Positions 9,317 to 16,980 of a DNA stretch of 55,054 nucleotides are shown piece after piece. The position numbers were made by a program, and so were the translations under genes. Source of the stretch: a virus (lineage: Duplodnaviria > Caudoviricetes); IMG/VR virus record IMGVR_UViG_3300025018_000181, positions 1 through 55,054 of that record; one strand, given 5' to 3'. The notes beneath the pieces are model-generated. The model was not told the DNA's origin. It searched no databases and saw only the letters and a program-made list of their open reading frames with translations. The stretch's first letter is position 1. Each line of letters opens with the position of its first letter.

Positions 9317-10087
9317 GTGAGCTACGCAGTAGACCTCGACCAGTTAGACGTAGAGCTAACGACTATCGGAGATACTCAATTAACTTTGACGCTTTTAGCT
9401 GTGCCAACCGATGGCGCACTAGTATCTGTCGAGGTTTTGTATCGTCCAGTAGGTGTAGGGGCTTGGTCTACTGCACTCTTCTCATCTCTTTCCATTAACA
9501 CAACTTTAGTCATAACAGGACTCACTGAAAGCACGCGATATGAACTCTTTGCGCGCTGCTTAAGTGCTTCTGATGAGTCTAATCCAGATGGGTTCGTTGT
9601 TTTTTACACTCGCTCTAGCTCTCAGCCCGCTGCTGACCCAATAAATGAGCGCATTCTTGATAATATCGTGACTGCGCTAGGGAGCATTGTGCAAGGCCCA
9701 GGTTACTTCAACACTTTAGTTGAGGCGACTCGAAGAAACTTGAGCAACTTCGAGTCAATGAATCAACCTTGTGCGCTGGTTTATGTCGAAGACTCCGATG
9801 AGGAGGTCATAACCAATGGCCTTACACAAAGGGTTTTACTACATACGGTGATTCAAGTTCACTTTAGAGACTTTGCCGACATAGATCAAGCTTGCAGTCG
9901 TTGGATTCATGATGTTAAGAAAGCTGTAGGGCAAGACGACACGGTCGGGGGTCTGGCGGTTAACTCAGAAGTAAAAAGTACCGTTGCGGTTCACAGTGAA
10001 GATCAGCCCGGCGTAGGTGCTGTTATAGTATTCCTTGACGTCGTTTATCGGCATTTGCGAACTGACCCAACTTTAGTGAGGTGCTAA
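9317..10087 (+). CDS. tail terminator/completion protein with N-terminal FN3 domain
   Basis: N-terminal V.YRPVG..W...ITGL...T.YE FN3 motif; C-terminal ERIL.NI..AL..I...GY and D.TVGGLA. Confidence 0.7.
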   Translation: MSYAVDLDQLDVELTTIGDTQLTLTLLAVPTDGALVSVEVLYRPVGVGAWSTALFSSLSINTTLVITGLTESTRYELFARCLSASDESNPDGFVVFYTRSSSQPAADPINERILDNIVTALGSIVQGPGYFNTLVEATRRNLSNFESMNQPCALVYVEDSDEEVITNGLTQRVLLHTVIQVHFRDFADIDQACSRWIHDVKKAVGQDDTVGGLAVNSEVKSTVAVHSEDQPGVGAVIVFLDVVYRHLRTDPTLVRC

Positions 10088-10088
10088 A

Positions 10089-10490
10089 ATGGCGACTTTG
10101 CTTGACACGGATTTTGCTGCAACACCTCAAAACACCGCAACTGTCAAAGTGCTCGCCACAGGCATTTTAGTAGAGTCTTACGGCTCTGTCAGAATTGCGG
10201 TTAATCTCAATTTTAATAGCCAGACTAACATTGCTTTCCAAGTCAATGTGTGTGAGACGGAAGACGGCACATACGTTCCGCTCTATATAGCTGGGGCTCA
10301 CGCGTCGAACCCTGCGTATCGCACCTATGGAAAGTCGGGCCACGTTTTTGAAGCTGCGGAAGTCGGTGTGGGCGATCAGTGGATCACTTTTATCCTTTTG
10401 GTATCCGGGGTCAAATACTTTCAGCTCACTGGACTAGGGAGTGGAGCCGTAATAGTAAACCGCGTGGTAATTGATGGTGGCAAAGCATAA
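10089..10490 (+). CDS. hypothetical structural protein (beta-sandwich-like)
   Basis: In structural operon, tightly coupled, beta-strand pattern. Confidence 0.5.
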   Translation: MATLLDTDFAATPQNTATVKVLATGILVESYGSVRIAVNLNFNSQTNIAFQVNVCETEDGTYVPLYIAGAHASNPAYRTYGKSGHVFEAAEVGVGDQWITFILLVSGVKYFQLTGLGSGAVIVNRVVIDGGKA

Positions 10491-11215
10491 TGTTTCCATG
10501 GAATGGTAGTCCTGGCTCGCAGAGCGCTTCTAGCGGTAACGGTAGTGGCCCATCGGCCACATTCGGAAATGCCACGCTCAATACTTTAGTGGACAGTGTT
10601 TTAGCCTATTATCCGGGCAGTACACTAAATGAGCAGAATGTAGCAGACAAGGGTTTTCTCCGTCCCTTAGGCACCGGGGTTAGTACTGTTGACGGAAAAA
10701 CTCGCATAGCAGAGAGCGCGGGTGTTAAAAAGCTCTTTGCCGCTATTCCGGGAGACTTCAGGCAATACACGACTTGGGTACCATACACTATCTCGTTTAA
10801 GATTGATCCTGCGCGATTAACCACAAGCCCTAGTGGTGACTTTTTACAGGCGTGCTCTGGCTCGGCACCCTTTGGGTTGGTAGTTAACTTCAGTAATACA
10901 AATCTACTACGCATACACACGGGTATAACTGGGTATGTAGGATTTGCCGATACGGGCGGGTCTTTGTTCGTAGGCCCCGGGACCGAAGAGCAAGTTTCAT
11001 TTATTTGCCGTCTTGAGGCCGGCGTACCTACATTGATCTTACGTGTTGGAGGTGTCACCAAGTTTACCTGGGCTGGCCTAACTGTTATAGGGGATATAAA
11101 CGGTCTCGTATTTACACACCCTGGGGACTACAGAGACATATATTTTTTCAACACGGGCCTTACGGATGCACAAGAGACACTTCTAGCGTCCCATAACTAT
11201 ACCCCAACTAACTAA
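10490..11215 (+). CDS. accessory virion protein, LamG/concanavalin-like; N-terminus MFPWNGSPGSQ
   Basis: LVDSVLAYY... and C-terminal DIYFFNTGLTDAQ, a LamG-type ending. Confidence 0.55.
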   Translation: MFPWNGSPGSQSASSGNGSGPSATFGNATLNTLVDSVLAYYPGSTLNEQNVADKGFLRPLGTGVSTVDGKTRIAESAGVKKLFAAIPGDFRQYTTWVPYTISFKIDPARLTTSPSGDFLQACSGSAPFGLVVNFSNTNLLRIHTGITGYVGFADTGGSLFVGPGTEEQVSFICRLEAGVPTLILRVGGVTKFTWAGLTVIGDINGLVFTHPGDYRDIYFFNTGLTDAQETLLASHNYTPTN

Positions 11216-11228
11216 GAGGATCTGCCGA

Positions 11229-13154
11229 ATGTTTCCATGGAACGGTAGTCCAGGGTCTCAAGGTAGTACCAGTGGTGGCGGTGGCAGTGGCGGTGACGCC
11301 AGCGCCAGTGTTGAGGTTTACACTGAGGTCGCGACTCTAGCGGCGCTGCTCGCTGCTCGGGCCAATGGGGCTCGTCTTCTCGTGACTAATGATATCGCGA
11401 TGAGTTTGACCGACACGATTGATCTTACCAGTTACACCAGCCTCACTATCGCTATTCAAGATGGCAAAAAAGTCAGCCACAGCGGCACAGCTAATATCTT
11501 CTCCGCAAGCTCGGGGACATGCCGACTGACTTTAGAGACAGGAGCGCGCTCTCCATTGGCGCCGGCCTTTGAAGTGACCGGCACCGGAAAAATCGCGGAC
11601 TCGAGTGGCGTGCTTATACTCGACTGGTCGAAGCGCCTGCACATCGACGGCCCGTCTGGCGCGTGGACGCCATTCGGCACGGGCGTAAAGCTCGACGGCG
11701 ACGGTCTTGTCGTGGATTGCGGGAATGGGCTCGTAACAATCGGACATGGTTACGGGCGGATCAAGTCTTTGATTGCAAACGGAGGCGGGTCGAGTTGCGC
11801 CGTGCTGCTTAAAGTCGGCTGCGGACCAGTCACGTATCGCGGTCAGTTTCGCTCTTACGCAGGCTCAATGAACAGCCACTATGCCCTCTCTGTTCAGACC
11901 GCGTTCAACCCTACTATGAGCCCGGTCGGCCCGATCCAATTCGACACTACCGGTCAGACCTACACTCCATCGGTCCTCGCTAGCGGCCTCGTAAGCCTGA
12001 CTGGTGTCCACGGTACCGACAACAGCTATGTCCCGCGCGTCGGTCTTGCGGATCATTCGCGATGCCTGAATTCGCGAATCGTTCCGGTCTGGGTTAACAC
12101 TGGCTATTCGGGAAGCTTCAGCCAGTGCTACTTCCAGGGTGGCCTGTTTGAGTCTTCGGCGAAGTGCGGCGACATCCAGTCTTGTACTTTCGCCGTGGCG
12201 ACGACGACGACATTCCCGAGCGGATCAAAGCCGCGAATCGTCGGTGGCTTGATCCATGGAACCACCGTTTTTCAATCAGGGTCGGAGCCAATCGTCCAGG
12301 CTGTTAACGTGGTGGGAACAATCACCATCAACAGCGGCGCCAATGGTCGATTTACAGCCCTTCAAGACGGCTCTGGAACCTTGACGAATAGCGACCCGCT
12401 TAGTGTTGTGACCCTCAGCGAGAACGTGGCCTGGGACACTACGCCAGCGACTCGTCGTTGGGTTGATTCGAGCGGCAACCCACTGCCAGAGCTTAACGCG
12501 TTGCTGCCTTACCTCGTGTGTTATTTCGATTTCAAGGAGGAACCAAGCCCAAGCAAAGCTCCGTTTGGCCAGCCAAGCACCGCGTCATGGGATGGCAGCA
12601 TATCGCTGAGTTCAGATGGTGTAGATGGTAAAGGGCTCAACTTCGCCGGGTCTGGCGATAACGTTCTTGTTCCCGTCAGGTTTAGCCCGCTAGGGTCGGC
12701 GGAATACACTGTAGCGCTCTTCTACAAGCCCGTTGATGCGACTCCTTTAGGCGCCTGCACGGTGGTCTCTCTAACAGACGGGGCCTCAAGCGCTGGCGAA
12801 TGGGACCTTAATCACCTTTCCAGTGGCATTCTGTCCTTTTGGAACGGCGGAGGAAGCACCGACGGGTTAACGGCGTTGACCAATGGGGTAGCTTCCCATG
12901 TTGCGTTTCGCAAAAGGCGGGTTTCCGGGACTCCCACGTACGAAATGCTTTTAGATGCTGTTTTGGAAGCGTCGACGACTGGTAACGCGTCGACTGCGCC
13001 CAACGTGAACAGCGTCTTGCACGTTGGTGACTACGGCGGGAACCCCTCAAATCCTGGCGTTTACAGCGTTTTGTGCGCTTTCTCGTGCGCTCTGGCTGAC
13101 GCGCGGATCGCAGAAATGGCCGCTGGTGCGCGGCTGATAGGAGCGGGTCTATGA
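11229..13154 (+). CDS. receptor-binding/fibre-like protein (beta-helix-like middle plus C-terminal LamG-like domain); N-terminus MFPWNGSPGSQ
   Basis: Gly/Ser/Thr-rich beta repeats; LVCYFDF..., YTVALFYKP, HVAF, LHVG, FSCALADARI LamG pattern. Confidence 0.65.
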   Translation: MFPWNGSPGSQGSTSGGGGSGGDASASVEVYTEVATLAALLAARANGARLLVTNDIAMSLTDTIDLTSYTSLTIAIQDGKKVSHSGTANIFSASSGTCRLTLETGARSPLAPAFEVTGTGKIADSSGVLILDWSKRLHIDGPSGAWTPFGTGVKLDGDGLVVDCGNGLVTIGHGYGRIKSLIANGGGSSCAVLLKVGCGPVTYRGQFRSYAGSMNSHYALSVQTAFNPTMSPVGPIQFDTTGQTYTPSVLASGLVSLTGVHGTDNSYVPRVGLADHSRCLNSRIVPVWVNTGYSGSFSQCYFQGGLFESSAKCGDIQSCTFAVATTTTFPSGSKPRIVGGLIHGTTVFQSGSEPIVQAVNVVGTITINSGANGRFTALQDGSGTLTNSDPLSVVTLSENVAWDTTPATRRWVDSSGNPLPELNALLPYLVCYFDFKEEPSPSKAPFGQPSTASWDGSISLSSDGVDGKGLNFAGSGDNVLVPVRFSPLGSAEYTVALFYKPVDATPLGACTVVSLTDGASSAGEWDLNHLSSGILSFWNGGGSTDGLTALTNGVASHVAFRKRRVSGTPTYEMLLDAVLEASTTGNASTAPNVNSVLHVGDYGGNPSNPGVYSVLCAFSCALADARIAEMAAGARLIGAGL

Positions 13155-13432
13155 GCGTGGTTGAGAGTTACAGAGCAGCAGTAGAAACGCGTGAGTCCTT
13201 ACGGCAACCTGCAGAGGAGGCGCGTAAGGCGGCTCATACCGCAAGAAAGGCGTGGATTAAAGCCGTGGAAGACACAAGGGGTCCGACGGCGGCTGAGCAA
13301 AGCGCGGTCATCGCTATGGGGTCTGCCATGCGGGATCTCCAAGCGCGCCGCTCTGAGCTTTTGGCCATTGAAAGCCTGACTGACGCGGAGGCTAGCGAAT
13401 TTGCGGACATTAAGTCGGAGCTTGGCGAATGA
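13151..13432 (+). CDS. hypothetical helical protein
   Basis: 93-aa ORF with ATGA overlaps on both sides. Confidence 0.6.
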   Translation: MSVVESYRAAVETRESLRQPAEEARKAAHTARKAWIKAVEDTRGPTAAEQSAVIAMGSAMRDLQARRSELLAIESLTDAEASEFADIKSELGE

Positions 13433-13740
13433 GCGTTAATCGACATTGCCGTTATTGCCGTCGCATGATCCCCGACGGAGCCAAGCGCTGCAACTCATCG
13501 CGTTGTCGCTTGCTTCGGAATGTTTTAGCAACCCCACATAAGTGCCGCCTAAATGGCGTCAACGTTGAGTTGGTGGGTGTTAAAACCTATGATGAACTTT
13601 GCGAGCTGGCAGGTCAGCCCATCGGGGCGACTTGCACCTACGTGTTCAAAAGCGGCGGAAACGGCGAACTAAAACCTGAGCAGTCTTTGGGCATTACCGG
13701 GCCATGTTCAATCTCATGCGTTGTGACAGGAGTTGCGTGA
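13429..13740 (+). CDS. Zn-ribbon plus multi-ubiquitin-like (beta-grasp) protein
   Basis: HCRYC..IP....C...RC, then LNG.NVE....TYDELCELAG....TCTY....GELKPEQSL.I.....SCVVTG, resembling Multi_ubiq (PF14452). Confidence 0.6.
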   Translation: MSVNRHCRYCRRMIPDGAKRCNSSRCRLLRNVLATPHKCRLNGVNVELVGVKTYDELCELAGQPIGATCTYVFKSGGNGELKPEQSLGITGPCSISCVVTGVA

Positions 13741-14720
13741 TGAGATTTAGAAACCCACTCCTGGACTCTTACGAGTCTAGCCTTGTAGCCGTGCTGCCTT
13801 TCCGAGAAATAGACGATAATGAACTGCTAGCCCCTCGAAACTATAAGACGCAGCGGCGTTGCGCACCTTTCTATCCATTAACGCAAGGTGCCTCTTATCG
13901 AGACGTCGCTATTGACAAGGGCTTTGAAACCCGAGATAGCTTTAATCTCACAGACTTTACGCTTTGCTTTTGGGCGCAGGCCCTCGCGTACGGGCCTGGG
14001 GCGAACCCTTTAGTGTCTATGAAATTTGGTACAACTTGGCTACACCTAACCCGTGATGGGGCGACGGCCTACTTTTTAAATAACAGTGGTATACAAGTTG
14101 GGCCAAGCCCGTGGACAGACGTTGATAGCTCCTCTGACGAGGGCGACTACTTTCCAGTGATCGTAACCCGTGCTTCGGGTGTCATGACTATACAACTCGG
14201 TGTGAGGGTATTAAGTTACAGCTCGGGTTCTCATATTACAAGCCCACTTAATGAATTTGGCTATCACCAGCCACTCTTTAACTTGAACCTGCGTCTCGGC
14301 TCAATGTACCTTTGGAATGTTGCCCTCGGCAGCGCAGCTATAAGTGTATTGACGGGATTTGTTACCAGCCTTGTTCCAGACCCATTAGGATACGTGTTTG
14401 ACGATCTAGGCTTTATTTATGGCTACCCAGTAGAAGAACTGATACAGCACGATACAGTCTCGACGTCCCAACAAGAAGGGCGCTCACTTCGGCGCCGAAG
14501 AAATGAGCGCCAAAGGCGCACATTTCAGCTTACCAACGGCGTTACGCCGCTGTGCGAATGGGAAGAATTCTTAGAGCAGGCTTTAGTCCACACCCCAATT
14601 ATGTGGACACCGCCAAACGAAGTAGAGCCTTTAGAAGTTTTAGTCGATGTAAGAAGTATCCAAACTTCTTATGTCAGTAACAAGGTTGTTCAAGTAAGCC
14701 TATCGCTTAGGGAGATCTAG
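13740..14720 (+). CDS. LamG-like domain fused to gpM/distal-tail-like domain
   Basis: DFTLCFW and MYLWNVAL LamG pattern; C-terminal RRTFQL...WTPP gpM-like; start taken at ATG 13740 (TGATG overlap). Confidence 0.55.
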   Translation: MRFRNPLLDSYESSLVAVLPFREIDDNELLAPRNYKTQRRCAPFYPLTQGASYRDVAIDKGFETRDSFNLTDFTLCFWAQALAYGPGANPLVSMKFGTTWLHLTRDGATAYFLNNSGIQVGPSPWTDVDSSSDEGDYFPVIVTRASGVMTIQLGVRVLSYSSGSHITSPLNEFGYHQPLFNLNLRLGSMYLWNVALGSAAISVLTGFVTSLVPDPLGYVFDDLGFIYGYPVEELIQHDTVSTSQQEGRSLRRRRNERQRRTFQLTNGVTPLCEWEEFLEQALVHTPIMWTPPNEVEPLEVLVDVRSIQTSYVSNKVVQVSLSLREI

Positions 14721-14721
14721 C

Positions 14722-16116
14722 ATGGCAGACTGCGCGTTACGAAATAGAATCAAGCAGCTTGCTGCTAAGCTGCAAAACGCCGAAGAAACTACGGAAACGT
14801 TGACTTCAGCACACGTCTTTCCTACGGTCTTCGAGATTAACCCGAACCAAAACGTTTCAACTTTCTTGCGCCAGCCTTACCGGAGTGACTTGAGCAAGGA
14901 AGCGAACCTGACGGGGATTATCGAGTCCACGTTGTCTTTTGAAGCAGAGTTGAAAGGCACAGGATCCGCAGGTACCGAGCCGAACTATAGTCACTTCCTG
15001 ATTGGCTGTGGCTTTATGTCGGTAAAGCTTGTTGAGCTGACTGTTTCGGCGGCATCGGGAACGCTCGCGCTCGGTGAGCTTTTGACTGATAGCGTTGGCA
15101 ATACTTACTATCTTTTCCACCTTCTCCGTAATGCCACTAAAGTGGTCGCTTATCGCTACTCTCTTAATATGCCCGGCACGCTCGGGGCTCCGATCAGTAT
15201 TGCAGGTAGCGGCAGTGGTAGCTATGCGGCAACTATCGACAGCATCAATGAAAACTACGGCTGGGGGTTCAAGCCACAGTCCAAGACGGCCCGCATTGTT
15301 CCTCTCGGAGCTATCACTGGCACGTTTTTGCAGGGTGAACTCGTAACAGGTACAGGCGTTTCGGGCATTGTACTTTACGTTGAAGGCTCGAACAAGAACC
15401 TCTGGTATATCCCACTGACTGGGGTTATCGGAAATACTGTTGCGCTCACTGGGCAAGTCTCAAATGCGACAGGGACTACAACTGCGGCTTCGGGATGCTC
15501 GCAAAGTTCTCCCCCTCTAACTTTCTACGTTAACGAGGATGGAGTTCAGCGCATTTTTGGCGGCGCGCGTGGTCGCGTAAACTTCAACTTCAACGCAGTC
15601 GGGGAACCGGCTCGTATGCAGTTCGAGTTTCAAGGTCCGGGTGCTGTTAACCCCACCGATACCCCGGCATTCGCTGAGGGGACTGACTCAGTGATTCCCC
15701 CGAAGTTCCAGGGTGCCGCGATCCAGCTTGGCGATCCGACTTCGAGCCCTTTCTTGCCGGTCATGGCTGGCATGAACGTCCAGGTAGATAATACCTTGAC
15801 GAGCCGCCAAGATGCGACCGCAGCCTCAGGACTTCGCTCGACACTTATTGTTGACCGCGACTTTAGTGGTCAGATGAATCCCGAAGCAGTTTCCGTCGGG
15901 ACGTATCCTTTCCTTGCTCGCTTGTTCTCGGATACGCTTACTCGCTCTTACTTCCAAGTCGGTTCGAGCAATGGCAATATCGTTGAACTGATCGGTGAAC
16001 GGATGCAGTTCACCAATGTTCAGAACGGTAATCGTGACGAGATTCTAATCAATGACGTTTCATTTCGTTTCGTTCGCACCATTGGCGATGACGAGTTCCA
16101 GATCGTTGTTCGCTAG
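14722..16116 (+). CDS. major tail tube protein with internal inserted domains
   Basis: LSFEAELKG.G.AGT.P....L.GCG N-terminus; GARG.V.F....GEP..M.FEF.G; precedes chaperones and TMP. Confidence 0.8.
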   Translation: MADCALRNRIKQLAAKLQNAEETTETLTSAHVFPTVFEINPNQNVSTFLRQPYRSDLSKEANLTGIIESTLSFEAELKGTGSAGTEPNYSHFLIGCGFMSVKLVELTVSAASGTLALGELLTDSVGNTYYLFHLLRNATKVVAYRYSLNMPGTLGAPISIAGSGSGSYAATIDSINENYGWGFKPQSKTARIVPLGAITGTFLQGELVTGTGVSGIVLYVEGSNKNLWYIPLTGVIGNTVALTGQVSNATGTTTAASGCSQSSPPLTFYVNEDGVQRIFGGARGRVNFNFNAVGEPARMQFEFQGPGAVNPTDTPAFAEGTDSVIPPKFQGAAIQLGDPTSSPFLPVMAGMNVQVDNTLTSRQDATAASGLRSTLIVDRDFSGQMNPEAVSVGTYPFLARLFSDTLTRSYFQVGSSNGNIVELIGERMQFTNVQNGNRDEILINDVSFRFVRTIGDDEFQIVVR

Positions 16117-16125
16117 CCTCTTCTC

Positions 16126-16181
16126 CACAACACTATAGCGCGGCGCGGTGCTAAGCTATAGTGTTGTGAACTGCGCCGTGC
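16126..16181 (+). promoter_or_regulatory. 14-bp perfect hairpin whose loop can pair downstream (pseudoknot or alternative fold)
   Basis: CACAACACTATAGC (16126-39) pairs with GCTATAGTGTTGTG (16155-68); GCGCGGCGCGGT (16138-49) pairs with ACTGCGCCGTGC (16170-81). Confidence 0.65.
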
Positions 16182-16198
16182 TAACAAGGAGACTTGCC

Positions 16199-16561
16199 AT
16201 GGCTATTGCTATTGGACCAAACACCACGAAACCTTATATCTTGGCGGAAGATCGCGAGCTGCCTAAAGAGCAGCAAAGCGTTTTTCACGTCTCGGTCTTG
16301 ACTTATCTACGCGTGATCGAGCTGCAGGAAGTCATCGACGATCTTGAGAGCGGCGCGAAAACACTTAAAGAGACTGCTGAAGTCTACATGAAAATTCTTC
16401 CTTCTTGTGTGTGCCGCTGGGATAACTACAAAGACGCTGAAGGAAATGATATCCCGCACGGGGACTTTAGTCGATTCTCATTTACCCAGTTGCAAGAGTT
16501 GATTCTTGCGGTTTTCCAATCGCAGAAGCTTAGCGAGAAAGAAGCGGGAAACTCGAACTGA
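16199..16561 (+). CDS. tail assembly chaperone (lambda G-like)
   Basis: AGGAG RBS then ATG 16199; ends with slippery G GGA AAC. Confidence 0.8.
   Translation: MAIAIGPNTTKPYILAEDRELPKEQQSVFHVSVLTYLRVIELQEVIDDLESGAKTLKETAEVYMKILPSCVCRWDNYKDAEGNDIPHGDFSRFSFTQLQELILAVFQSQKLSEKEAGNSN
16546..16552 (+). other. programmed -1 ribosomal frameshift site GGGAAAC
   Basis: X XXY YYZ heptamer; the -1 frame is open into ORF 16570..16980. Confidence 0.85.
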
Positions 16562-16569
16562 TCGCCCGC

Positions 16570-16980
16570 ATGGCTGACGGAAGCTTACTAGAAGGGCATG
16601 GGCAAACATGTCCTGAAGGTGATATCTTCCGTGCAGCTTGGGGTTGCGATCATGATCTCGAAGATATCCGCATGTCGCGTTGGCTTACACGCTGCTCAAA
16701 GTGCCGAGGAGATGGCTGCAATGCTCCAGGGTGTTTTGGTGGCGTTCAGAAGATGCCTCGCTGCCCTCTGTTCTACTTAAGTCAAGCCCGTGTTGAGCGG
16801 CGCGTATTTCAAGCGTTCGCGCTCTTGAAGAATTATAACACTTGGCCTGCTGTTGGTGGCCTACTCGCACAGTCCAATTGGTTCATTGAGGCAGTTTGCC
16901 ATATCGGTAACTGTATGAATGAGCTTGAGCGCAAGCGCATCGAGGAGGCTCGTAGTGGCCGACAAAAAGGTGGAGGTTAG
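16570..16980 (+). CDS. tail assembly chaperone frameshift extension (lambda T-like), Cys-rich
   Basis: In the -1 frame of the upstream chaperone; WP.VGG...Q..WF motif; just before TMP. Confidence 0.75.
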   Translation: MADGSLLEGHGQTCPEGDIFRAAWGCDHDLEDIRMSRWLTRCSKCRGDGCNAPGCFGGVQKMPRCPLFYLSQARVERRVFQAFALLKNYNTWPAVGGLLAQSNWFIEAVCHIGNCMNELERKRIEEARSGRQKGGG

